Shown here piece by piece: positions 29,062-36,863 of a stretch of 64,000 nucleotides of DNA. The translations under genes were made by a program, and so were the position numbers. Each line of letters starts with the position of its first letter. Within the stretch, counting starts at the first letter, position 1. The stretch is from an uncultured candidatus Brocadiaceae bacterium. Lineage in GTDB: Bacteria > Planctomycetota > Brocadiia > SM23-32. The notes under the pieces are model-generated. The model saw only the letters and a program-made list of their open reading frames with translations, did no database searches and was not told the DNA's origin. Location: assembly GCA_964572825.1 (NCBI GenBank), contig CAZNGS010000004.1:29158-93157 (forward strand), read 5' to 3'.

Positions 29062-29368
29062 GGCTGCTCCCTCCTGAGCCAGGACGGTACCTTTGACTAA
29101 GGCACCTGTCCAGTTTCAGAGGTGCAGTACACACCGTCTGTCCCCTGAGCACGCGCAGACGTTTGCGGCCTGTCCCCTAATCCGCTATCAGTCCGGCCCA
29201 TAAGCTGTTTTCGTATGGGGTGTGCCTGTAAGGTACCGGGAGCAGCAGCGCAGGGGTCAGGCTGCAAATCTCCAGCTACTGGCGGTAATGTGCTTCGGAG
29301 CCTTGCGACTGCGATACCAAATCTACACATCAGTTCGGACTTCATGCACACTTGAGGATATACTTGAC

Positions 29369-29523
29369 GTAACCGTTCACGGGCTTCGTCCGAATGCCCT
29401 TGGCGCACAGGCAAGGCTACTACCGGTGGTAGTCCAAGCGTCGCACGTGCAGGGGGCTCTTGCATGATGCGCATGGTCGCCCTGCCACCCATGGCGTCTT
29501 CCGGACACCCCGTGAACGGTTAC
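29369..29523. mobile_element. 155-bp MITE-like non-autonomous element
   Basis: Perfect 15-bp terminal inverted repeats: GTAACCGTTCACGGG (29369-29383) and CCCGTGAACGGTTAC (29509-29523). They are immediately flanked by the identical 8-bp direct repeat TACTTGAC (29361-29368 and 29524-29531). There is no coding capacity, and subterminal similarity continues (GTCCG). Confidence 0.7.
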
Positions 29524-29586
29524 TACTTGACTTTGCCCAGTGTCAAGGGCGTCACAGCTTGTTTCTGGTGTTATCCGGGCGTGCTC

Positions 29587-30630
29587 TCACTCGTCCACGA
29601 TGGTGCGCAGTTCGGCTACTACCCGGTCTATGTCCTCGGCGGTGATGCCTATGTGGGGGACGGCGCGGAAGATGGTTTCTCCGGTCTGCAGGATTCGGAT
29701 TCTTCGGCGCTCCAACTTCTCGGCGATCTTGGACGCGGAGCGCGGGGGGAGGGCTTCGAAGTAGACCATGTTGGTCTCGGGCGGATCGTACTTGAGGCGC
29801 AGGCCCTCGATTCCCCGGATGCCGTCGGCGAGGCGGCGGGCGTTGGCGTGGTCTTCGGCCAGGCGCTCCACGTTGTTTTCCAGCGCGTAAATGCCGGCCG
29901 CGCAGAGGTGGCCGATCTGGCGCATGCCGCCGCCCAGCATCTTGCGGAAACGCCGCGCCCGCGCGATGAACTCCGCCTCGCCCGCCACCAGCGATCCCAC
30001 GGGGCAGCCCAGGCCCTTCGAGAGGCAGATGGAGACCGAGTCCACCAGCCGGCCGTAATCCGCCGGGTCGGCACCCGTGGCGACGCAGGCGTTGAACAGC
30101 CGCGCGCCGTCCATGTGCAGCCGCAGGCTGTGTTCGCTGCAGACCCGGCGGATGGCCCGGACGGTCTCCAGCGGATACACGGACCCGCCGCCGCGGTTGT
30201 GGGTGTTTTCGATGATCACGAGACGCGAGCGCGGGAAATGCACGTTGTCGGGCCGGACCTGCGGGGAAATCTGGTCGGGCCGAATGATGCCACGCTCGCC
30301 GGAGACGAACCGCACGCTGACGCCGGCCACCGCCGCGTATCCGCCGGCTTCGTACTGGTAGGGATGGGATCCCGCGTCCATTATGATCTCGTCGCCGGGC
30401 TGGGTGTGCGTGCGGATGGAGAGCAGGTTGGCCATGGTGCCGGTGGGCACGAAGACAGCCGCCTCTTTGCCCAGCATCTCGGCGGCGATCGCCTCCAGCC
30501 GGTTGGCGGTGGGGTCCTCGCGATAGACGTCGTCGCCCACCTCCGCCGCCATCATGGCGTCCAGCATCTCCGGCGTAGGCACGGTGACGGTATCGCTGCG
30601 CAGGTCAATGGTCTTGGATGCAGCGGTCAT
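29587..30630 (-). CDS. ltaE: low-specificity L-threonine aldolase (PLP-dependent)
   Basis: IDLRSDTVTVPTPEMLDAMMAAEVGDDVYREDPTANRLE, VPTGTMANL, and the PLP-lysine region CLSKGLGCPVGS. Confidence 0.88.
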   Translation of the reverse strand: MTAASKTIDLRSDTVTVPTPEMLDAMMAAEVGDDVYREDPTANRLEAIAAEMLGKEAAVFVPTGTMANLLSIRTHTQPGDEIIMDAGSHPYQYEAGGYAAVAGVSVRFVSGERGIIRPDQISPQVRPDNVHFPRSRLVIIENTHNRGGGSVYPLETVRAIRRVCSEHSLRLHMDGARLFNACVATGADPADYGRLVDSVSICLSKGLGCPVGSLVAGEAEFIARARRFRKMLGGGMRQIGHLCAAGIYALENNVERLAEDHANARRLADGIRGIEGLRLKYDPPETNMVYFEALPPRSASKIAEKLERRRIRILQTGETIFRAVPHIGITAEDIDRVVAELRTIVDE

Positions 30631-31397
30631 AGCTGTCTGATGTCCGGGAAGAGGGTGTGATGCCGGCCGCGGGTCTCAACTGTAGACACGCCAGACGCAG
30701 ATACGGGCGGCCACGTGTGCCACCACGGCGACGAGGCAGAGGAGGCCGATCCATTCGACGCCGCCCACCGCGTCGTAGGCGCAGGAACCCACGAATAGGA
30801 GGGCGGTCAGGACCACGGCGATGCCGGCCCCCACTATCCAGCCGCTGCCGCCTGCCGAGGTGTCGCTTATGGATTCCTCCCTGCGATGCCGGTGGCGAGT
30901 ATAGCGCCGATGCCCGGGCCGGTTCAAGGTCGTTCTGAGCCGCCCGGCAGGCTGAGAACGGCGGGCTTTCAGAGCCGAGACTGGAGGCGGAAGGTAGGGC
31001 AACGGCCAGGAACGGCAACGGCATGAGTCGCCCGCTTGCGTGGGCTCTGAGGTCTTATGTGCGCTTGTCCCCAGGGCTCACCCGCTTCCCAGCGTTGCCC
31101 TATCCTCCGGGCTGGTATCGGGGCCATAGCACAGGGGCTTAAAAACGGCAAGGTGACAGAGCAAATCGCCTTGAAAACACACAGGAAAAAGGTAAGCTCA
31201 ACGTGGTCAAGCGTTACCTATGTCTTGACCAAAAAGTGTAACCCATGTCCTGATCGCTCCCGGGGGAATTCCAGCCTTCAGCCTTCGAACTTCGTCCTTC
31301 CGTCAGCCCGCCTTGTTTGACACTTTTGCGGGCGGTGGGTACAAGAGGGTAGCGGACACCGCCTGACGCGAGACGATTGAACGCGCGGAGGCAGGCA

Positions 31398-32585
31398 ATG
31401 ACCGGGGAAAGGGTCATTATCCACGTGGACATGGACGCGTTCTTCGCGTCCGTCGAGCAGCGGGACAGGCCCGAGCTGCGCGGCCGGCCCGTGGTGGTCG
31501 GGGCCGATCCGAAGGGCGGCAAGGGCAGGGGGGTGGTGTCCACCTGCAGCTACGAAGCGCGGGAATACGGCATCCACAGCGCCCAGCCCATCAGCCGGGC
31601 CTACCGGCGTTGCCCGCACGCCGTGTTTCTGCCGGTGGCGATGGAGAAGTACAGCCGGGAGTCCCGAAGGGTGCGGAAGATATTCCGGGAGTTCACCCCC
31701 CAGGTTCAGCCCGTGAGCATCGACGAGGCGTTCCTCGACGTCACGGCGTCCCTGCGTCTGTTCGGAGGCAAACGACGGCTTGCCCAACGGTTGCAGGAGA
31801 GGATCGAGGCCGAAACGGGGCTGACTGCGTCGCTGGGGGTGGCGCCGAACAAGCTGGTGTCCAAGATCGCCTCGGACATGGACAAGCCGCGGGGCCTGAC
31901 GATCGTCGAGCCGGGCGAGGTCGAGCAGTTCCTGCGCCCCCTGTCCGTCAAGCACCTGCCCGGCGTGGGGCCGCAAACGCGCCGCGCCCTGACGGAGCTG
32001 GGCGTGCGGACCATCGGCGAGCTGGCCGATATACCGCCGGGGCAGCTCGAGGCCCGCTTCGGCGAGCACGGGCGGGGGCTGTGGAATAAGGCCCACGGTC
32101 GGGACCAGAGCCCCGTGGGCGCCGGCGATGACACCAAGTCCGTCGGCCACGAGCACACGTTCGGGGTCGATACGGACGATGAAAGCGGCATCCAGAGCAC
32201 CCTGATGAGGCTGTGCGAGAAAACGGCCCGCCGCATGCGGAAGGCCGGATTTGCCGGCCGAACCGTGACCACCAAGGTGCGCACGAAGGACTTCACGACG
32301 TTCACGCGCCGGCAGACGCTGCCGCATCCGGTGGTCGAGGCGAGCGAGATCTACGCGGCGGCGGCGGAAAACCTGCGGGCGGCGCCGGTCGCGGGATGCC
32401 GGCTGCGCCTGATCGGCGTGTCCGTGTCGGGGTTGATCGGGCGGGAGCGGGCCGCCAGGCAGGCCTCGCTGTTCGAGGGCGGCCCGGAGGATATCCACCG
32501 GCGTCTGGCCCGCGCGGAGGACGCCGTCAAGGACCGGTTCGGCGAGGATGCTTTAAGGCGTGGAGCTTCCTTTGATAAGGACTGA
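31398..32585 (+). CDS. dinB: DNA polymerase IV (Y-family), paralog 2
   Basis: ERVIIHVDMDAFFASVEQRDRPELRGRPVVV, SYEAREYGIHSAQP, SIDEAFLDVT, GVAPNKLVSKIASD. An RBS GGAGG lies 7 nt upstream of the ATG at 31398. The track ORF starts at an upstream TTG. Confidence 0.9.
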   Translation: MTGERVIIHVDMDAFFASVEQRDRPELRGRPVVVGADPKGGKGRGVVSTCSYEAREYGIHSAQPISRAYRRCPHAVFLPVAMEKYSRESRRVRKIFREFTPQVQPVSIDEAFLDVTASLRLFGGKRRLAQRLQERIEAETGLTASLGVAPNKLVSKIASDMDKPRGLTIVEPGEVEQFLRPLSVKHLPGVGPQTRRALTELGVRTIGELADIPPGQLEARFGEHGRGLWNKAHGRDQSPVGAGDDTKSVGHEHTFGVDTDDESGIQSTLMRLCEKTARRMRKAGFAGRTVTTKVRTKDFTTFTRRQTLPHPVVEASEIYAAAAENLRAAPVAGCRLRLIGVSVSGLIGRERAARQASLFEGGPEDIHRRLARAEDAVKDRFGEDALRRGASFDKD

Positions 32586-32810
32586 CTGTCTCCTACGCTG
32601 TAGTTTGCAGGTTTTAGGCGGCCTTGGCAACGTGAAGCGCAAATACACGTGAATGCGGCCGCTGGGCCGGACATCGCCAACAACGACGACGATGACGGCG
32701 GTGGACGCGACGGGCAGTTCGTCTGGATGGGCAACGCGCGCAACCACGTGCAGCCCGACTCCTTCGGGACGGTCATCCTGGTGGAGGAGTGAGCGGAGGG
32801 AGGCAGCCGC

Positions 32811-33542
32811 TCAGCGCAGGTCCACCCATGCCCAGATGACCTGTCCGATGACGGGCTCTTCCACCTCCCGCAGGTCCACCACCAGGGGAGGGTAGCGCTC
32901 CTGGTCCTCGTTGTCGCTGAACAGCAGTGCGTAGGGGCGGCGCACGCGCAGGCGCTTGATGACCACGGTGCCCTCGCCGGTCCTTGAGCAGACGATCTTG
33001 TTCTCCAGGGCGCGCATGGGGATGGGGGTGATGTCCACCGCCACGATGCTGCCGTCGGTCAGGGTGGGGGCCATGCTGTCGCCGGAGATGCGCACGCAGC
33101 GGATGGTCTCCGGGCGCGGCGCTACGCGGCGGTGAATGATGCAGTAGCCCTCCACCTGCTCCTCCATCACCAGCCCCGCGCCGGCCGCGGCGGCGTCCCG
33201 CAGGTAGGGGACGGCGTAATACTGATCCTCCCCCTCCAGTCGGCGGAGGCCCTTCAACTCCTCCCGCTCGGTTACGATCACCGGTCTGGTCGGGCGCACG
33301 CCGGTGAAGCGCTCCCCCCTCCCCTCCAGCACCCATTCATGGTTGATGCGGAAGCGGTGTTCCAGGGCCAGCAGCACGGGCAGCGGCGGGGCCCGCCTGT
33401 CGGTTTCGTAGGCGGCCACCGTGCTCTGGGTGATGCCGACGCCTTCGGCGAGCTCGGACTGGTTCAGGCCGATTTCCCGTCGGGCGGCGCGCAGCCGTGC
33501 ACCCGGCGTGGACGGATGCTCCCCGTTTTTCTCGCCACTCAT
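32811..33542 (-). CDS. XRE-family HTH plus S24 peptidase repressor (phage CI / LexA-like, self-cleaving type)
   Basis: HTH segment LRAARREIGLNQSELAEGVGITQSTVAAYETDRRAP. Ala-Gly-rich linker (DAAAAGAGL). S24 catalytic Ser (ISGDSMAPTL) and Lys (TVVIKRLR). The start is at ATG 33542 (MSGEKNG). Confidence 0.85.
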   Translation of the reverse strand: MSGEKNGEHPSTPGARLRAARREIGLNQSELAEGVGITQSTVAAYETDRRAPPLPVLLALEHRFRINHEWVLEGRGERFTGVRPTRPVIVTEREELKGLRRLEGEDQYYAVPYLRDAAAAGAGLVMEEQVEGYCIIHRRVAPRPETIRCVRISGDSMAPTLTDGSIVAVDITPIPMRALENKIVCSRTGEGTVVIKRLRVRRPYALLFSDNEDQERYPPLVVDLREVEEPVIGQVIWAWVDLR

Positions 33543-33587
33543 GGCTTTGTCCCCCCATAAAGGTATCCGCGACACTCCATTAAGCAT

Positions 33588-33616
33588 ATTATACCGGCGT
33601 AGAAAGCTGAAATCAA
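33588..33616 (-). promoter_or_regulatory. candidate promoter of the repressor gene
   Basis: On the minus strand: TTGATT (33616-33611), a 17-bp spacer, then TATAAT (33593-33588), about 45 nt upstream of the ATG at 33542. Confidence 0.45.
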
Positions 33617-33632
33617 GAGATATTATGTGTAT

Positions 33633-33643
33633 CCGATAATCGG
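33633..33643. promoter_or_regulatory. palindromic operator candidate between the divergent promoters
   Basis: CCGAT-A-ATCGG has perfect 5-bp arms. It abuts the -35 of the rightward promoter and lies 17 bp from the -35 of the leftward one. Confidence 0.35.
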
Positions 33644-33644
33644 C

Positions 33645-33673
33645 TTGCGCTATGTCCATGTAACGACTATAAT
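33645..33673 (+). promoter_or_regulatory. candidate promoter of the gam-like operon
   Basis: TTGCGC (33645-33650), a 17-bp spacer, then TATAAT (33668-33673), about 80 nt upstream of the ATG at 33754 (RBS GGAAAGGAGAGG). Confidence 0.45.
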
Positions 33674-33753
33674 GGACGACACGTCCGATGAATAGTCTAC
33701 CGCATGTCGGGAGTAGTGTCAAGCTGAACCCCAAGCCGGAAAGGAGAGGACGG

Positions 33754-34290
33754 ATGTCCGTGAAAACCTGTCGGGAATCGGCGCCGGCGGCGGCCGTGCG
33801 ACGGCGGCTGCGGGCCATGGCCCGCGCGCAGGCCCGGCTGGACGAACTGGAAGCGGAGCTGGCCCGCGAGCGCCAGCGGCTACATGCCCGTTACGAGCAC
33901 CGCATCAATGCCCGGCGCGACCGCCTGGCGCGGATGGAGCAGAAGCTGGAGAGCTACTGCCGCCAGCACCGCGAGGCCATCTTCGCCGGCGGCCGCAAGA
34001 GCCTGAAGACGCCCCTGGGACGGGTGGGCTTCCGGCGGTCGGGCCCCTCGGTGCGGGTGCGTCCCGGCGTGGATCGCATCACGGCCTGCCGGAGGCTGGC
34101 CAGGGCCGGGCTGGACCGCTTCCTGCGGGTCAGGCGGAGCCCGGACCGTCGCGCGCTCAACCGGGCTCTCAGGGAGGGGGAACTGCGGATCGACCGCCTG
34201 GAGGACTGCGGGTTGGAGGTCCTGAACAGCACGGAGAGCTTCCACTGCACCGTCTATGGCGCCGGCGACGACGGCGGGGGGAGGAGCTGA
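33754..34290 (+). CDS. gam: bacteriophage Mu Gam-like (Ku-like) dsDNA-end-binding / host-nuclease-inhibitor protein
   Basis: An N-terminal coiled coil (ARLDELEAELARERQRLHARYEHRINARRDRLARMEQKLESYCRQHREAIF) followed by KSLKTPLGRVGFRRSGPSVRVRPGVDRITACRRLARAGLDRFLRVRRSPDRRALN. This parallels Mu Gam as I recall it (WCEANRDEL..KT..L..G.VSWRVRPPSVSIRG.D.V...L...GL.RFIRTK.EINK). Confidence 0.8.
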   Translation: MSVKTCRESAPAAAVRRRLRAMARAQARLDELEAELARERQRLHARYEHRINARRDRLARMEQKLESYCRQHREAIFAGGRKSLKTPLGRVGFRRSGPSVRVRPGVDRITACRRLARAGLDRFLRVRRSPDRRALNRALREGELRIDRLEDCGLEVLNSTESFHCTVYGAGDDGGGRS

Positions 34291-34607
34291 TGGATCGGCG
34301 CCGTCTTGTCCGTTCCCTGGCGGTCTCCATTCCGGCCGATCTACGCTCATTGCGCGGCAAGGTGATGCTGGAGTCCCTCTGCGAGGTTCTGGGCGTGGAA
34401 GAAACGGGCTGTCCGGCCTGCCGCGGGACGGGATGGCTGGACCGCCGGCGGCTGGAGAGCTGCCCCATCTGCTGTGGGTTCCGGGAGGTGCCGGAGGCCC
34501 TGGCGCAGTGGTTCAGAATCGAGATGCACCGACGCGCGGAGGGCCGAGGGATAGAACGCTCCCGCCCGCCCGGCATACGGAGCCCGGTCCACGCGGAAAC
34601 GCAATGA
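34290..34607 (+). CDS. small zinc-ribbon protein (DnaJ-type CxxCxGxG motif)
   Basis: CPACRGTGW...CPICCGF. Its start overlaps the gam stop (TGATG) and its stop overlaps the next start (ATGA). Confidence 0.55.
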   Translation: MDRRRLVRSLAVSIPADLRSLRGKVMLESLCEVLGVEETGCPACRGTGWLDRRRLESCPICCGFREVPEALAQWFRIEMHRRAEGRGIERSRPPGIRSPVHAETQ

Positions 34608-34861
34608 TCTCTGAGCGGGAGAAGCGGATGGAGTGCGCTGTCTGCGGGTGTTCGCAGGCCCGATGGCTTCGGGTCAACACCGTGGCTCGGGCATTCAGTT
34701 GCAGCCCGAAATCGGTGCGCCGGCTGCTCAAGAGAGGCGAGCTCGCAGGGGTGCGTTTCGGGGGTGAATGGCGCGTTGACCACCGCTCGCTCGACGCGTA
34801 CATAGAGGCCAACCGGGTCGGTTTTGACGGAGACGTGCAGGCCGCGGTGGCTGCCGATTAG
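34604..34861 (+). CDS. excisionase/MerR-superfamily helix-turn-helix DNA-binding protein
   Basis: WLRVNTVARAFSCSPKSVRRLLKRGELAGVRFGGEWRVDHRSLDAYIEAN matches the 'excisionase family' HTH pattern (..T..EAA..LGVS..TV.RLI..G.L.A.RIG..WRI....L..YL). 85 aa. Confidence 0.65.
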   Translation: MISEREKRMECAVCGCSQARWLRVNTVARAFSCSPKSVRRLLKRGELAGVRFGGEWRVDHRSLDAYIEANRVGFDGDVQAAVAAD

Positions 34862-34991
34862 CTTGACTGTTCCGGCCGTCCCGTCTCGATGGAACGGACC
34901 TGTACGGTCAGCGGGTCTTGCGCTGTGGGCTGTGCGGGCTATCATGGAGGGCAGGGACAGCGCGTCAATCCTCCGTTCAGGTCGGCCCGCG

Positions 34992-36848
34992 ATGGCAGCA
35001 GAGCCCCCCGAAGAACTCCGCCAGAAGATGGAGCAGTTCCCCCGCCGGCCGGGCGTGTACCTGATGAAAGACGCCCGCAACGAAGTGATCTACGTGGGAA
35101 AGGCCAAGGACCTTCGCGCGCGGGTGCGCAACTACTTCCCGGAGGGGGGCGAGGACTGGCGGCTGATCAGCAAGCGCATCGACCAGGTGGGCGACGTGGA
35201 CGTGGTCGTCACCGCGTCGGAGAAGGAAGCGCTGCTTCTGGAGAGCAACTTCATCAAGCAGTTCCGTCCCCGCTACAACGTCAATTTCCGCGACGACAAG
35301 AGCTTCGTCAGCATCAAGATCGATCCCTCCGAGCCCTGGCCGCGGCCCATCGTCACCCGCAGGCTGGATGACCCCGAGGCGATGTATTTCGGCCCTTACG
35401 CCAGCGCGCGTGCGGCCCGCAAGACCCTGAAGGTTCTCCAGGACGTTTTCCCCCTGCGGCGCTGCAGCATCCGGGAATGCCGGCAGCGCCGGCGGCCCTG
35501 CATCTACGGGGAGATGGGCAAGTGCGCCGCCCCGTGCTGCTCCGAAGTCTCCGAGGAGGAGTACCGCAAGCTGGTGGACCACGTGGTGATGTTCCTGCGG
35601 GGGAAAGCGGACGACCTGGTGGACGCCCTCCGGGAGGACATGGAGGAGGCGGCCGAGAAGCTGGAGTTCGAGAGGGCCGCCCGCATCCGCGACCGCCTGC
35701 AGGCCGTGCGGGAGACCCTGGAGACTCAGCACGTGGCCGAAAGCGCCGGCCAGGTGGATCGCGACGTTTTCGGCATCTGCACGCTGGACCATTACGTGTC
35801 GATCGCCGTGCTGTTCGTGCGCGACGGCAATGTGCGCGACGTGGCCTCGTACCGCTTCCCGGCGGAGCTGGACAGCCAGGAGGCCATCTTCCGGTCCTTT
35901 CTGAACCAGTTCTACCGCGCCAACCGGTTCGTGCCCGAAGAGGTGCTCGTGCCGGTGAAGACGGAGGACGCGGAGGTGCTGGAATCCTGGCTCAGCGAGA
36001 AGAAAGGGCGCCGTGTCCACCTGACCCACCCGAGGCGGGGCGCAAAGAAGCGCTTGGTGGAGATGGCCGGCCGGAACGCCCGGCAGGCCGAGAGGGCGGC
36101 CACCTCCGCCCAGGAGAAGAGGCGCCTGGAGATGGAGTCCCTGCGGCGAGTGCTGGACCTCAGTGAGCTGCCGCGCAACATCGAGTGCTTCGACGTCTCC
36201 ACCCTTCAGGGCGGCCAGGCGGTCGGGAGCATGGTGGTGTTCCGGGATGGTGAAGCGGACAAGTCGTCGTATCGTCGCTACAGGATACGGGACATCCAGG
36301 GGCAGGACGATTTTGCCATGCTGCGGCAGGTGCTCGACCGCCGCTACAGCCGCCTGGTGGCGGAGGAGCAGGAACCGCCGGAGCTCGTGGTGGTGGATGG
36401 TGGCAAGGGGCAGCTCGGGGTGGCGTTGGACGTGCTGGGTGAGCTGGGAGTGGAGGCGCCGGACGTGGTCGCTCTGGCCAAGGCCCGCTCCCGCGGCGGC
36501 CGGCAGACGAAGGCGGAGCGCGCTTTCTTGCCGGGCGAATCCGAGCCCGTGATCGTACCGGAGGACAGCTACGGCCATCGGCTCATTGTCCGCGTGCGCG
36601 ACGAGGCGCACCGGTTCGCCATCAGCTACCACCGCAGGCTCCGGCGGAAGGGCGCCGTGCAATCGCCCCTCACGGAGGTGAAGGGCATCGGCAGGAAGAA
36701 GGCCCGGCGGTTGATGGAGTACTTCGGGGGCCTCAACAAGATCCAGCGCGCAACGGTGGAGGAACTGAAGGCCGTTCCGGGAATATCCGACGGCCTGGCG
36801 ACGGCGATCCGGGAGAAGTTCGGGGGTGACGGAGCGGAGAAAGGATGA
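34992..36848 (+). CDS. uvrC: excinuclease ABC subunit C
   Basis: GIY-YIG domain (PGVYLMKDARNEVIYVGKAKDLRARVRNYF), a UVR domain (FERAARIRDRLQAV), an endonuclease V-like domain, and C-terminal (HhH)2 (IKGIGRKKARRLMEYFGGLNKIQRATVEELKAVPGI). Confidence 0.95.
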   Translation: MAAEPPEELRQKMEQFPRRPGVYLMKDARNEVIYVGKAKDLRARVRNYFPEGGEDWRLISKRIDQVGDVDVVVTASEKEALLLESNFIKQFRPRYNVNFRDDKSFVSIKIDPSEPWPRPIVTRRLDDPEAMYFGPYASARAARKTLKVLQDVFPLRRCSIRECRQRRRPCIYGEMGKCAAPCCSEVSEEEYRKLVDHVVMFLRGKADDLVDALREDMEEAAEKLEFERAARIRDRLQAVRETLETQHVAESAGQVDRDVFGICTLDHYVSIAVLFVRDGNVRDVASYRFPAELDSQEAIFRSFLNQFYRANRFVPEEVLVPVKTEDAEVLESWLSEKKGRRVHLTHPRRGAKKRLVEMAGRNARQAERAATSAQEKRRLEMESLRRVLDLSELPRNIECFDVSTLQGGQAVGSMVVFRDGEADKSSYRRYRIRDIQGQDDFAMLRQVLDRRYSRLVAEEQEPPELVVVDGGKGQLGVALDVLGELGVEAPDVVALAKARSRGGRQTKAERAFLPGESEPVIVPEDSYGHRLIVRVRDEAHRFAISYHRRLRRKGAVQSPLTEVKGIGRKKARRLMEYFGGLNKIQRATVEELKAVPGISDGLATAIREKFGGDGAEKG

Positions 36849-36863
36849 CCCGGCCGGCGAAGT

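Larger units (their letters stand above)
27663..29131 (-). mobile_element. IS3-family insertion sequence (1469 bp), apparently intact
   Basis: The terminal inverted repeats begin TGTACTGCACC at both ends (27663-27673 and the reverse complement of 29121-29131), with a further GACA match at IR positions 22-25. The 3-bp direct repeat CAC flanks both ends (27660-27662 and 29132-29134). Inside are orfA/orfB with an A8 slippery run. Confidence 0.85.

Noticed and set aside
29097-29492. A 131-aa minus-strand ORF downstream of ltaE.
   Set aside because: It crosses the IS3 terminal repeat and runs through the MITE-like element, so it cannot be an ancestral gene. Its composition is unconvincing.
29464-30660. 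A 398-aa plus-strand ORF.
   Set aside because: It is antisense to the threonine aldolase gene.
30676-31002. A 108-aa minus-strand ORF upstream of ltaE with two hydrophobic C-terminal segments.
   Set aside because: It may be a real small membrane protein. However, the N-terminal half is R/P-rich junk, no convincing start or RBS was found, and there is no family signal. The support is too weak to annotate.
31130-31260. An AT-richer patch with nested inverted repeats (GGTCAAG...CTTGACC, GGTAA...TTACC), considered as a possible small RNA or mobile-element scar.
   Set aside because: The stems are short and there is no flanking direct repeat, terminator or recognisable RNA-family motif. It cannot be supported without expression or conservation data.
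31317-31345. A possible promoter of dinB copy 2 (TTGACA-17-TACAAG) inside a GCCCGC/GCGGGC stem.
   Set aside because: The -35 is good but the -10 is poor, so it is not strong enough to call as a feature.
32649-32792. A 47-codon GTG-initiated ORF (VNAAAGPDIANNDDDDGGGRDGQFVWMGNARNHVQPDSFGTVILVEE) between dinB copy 2 and the repressor.
   Set aside because: It might be the C-terminal relic of a truncated gene. It is short, has no RBS, and I could not place it in a family.
34977-36662. A 561-aa minus-strand ORF.
   Set aside because: It is antisense to uvrC, which is identified by its GIY-YIG, UVR and HhH motifs.
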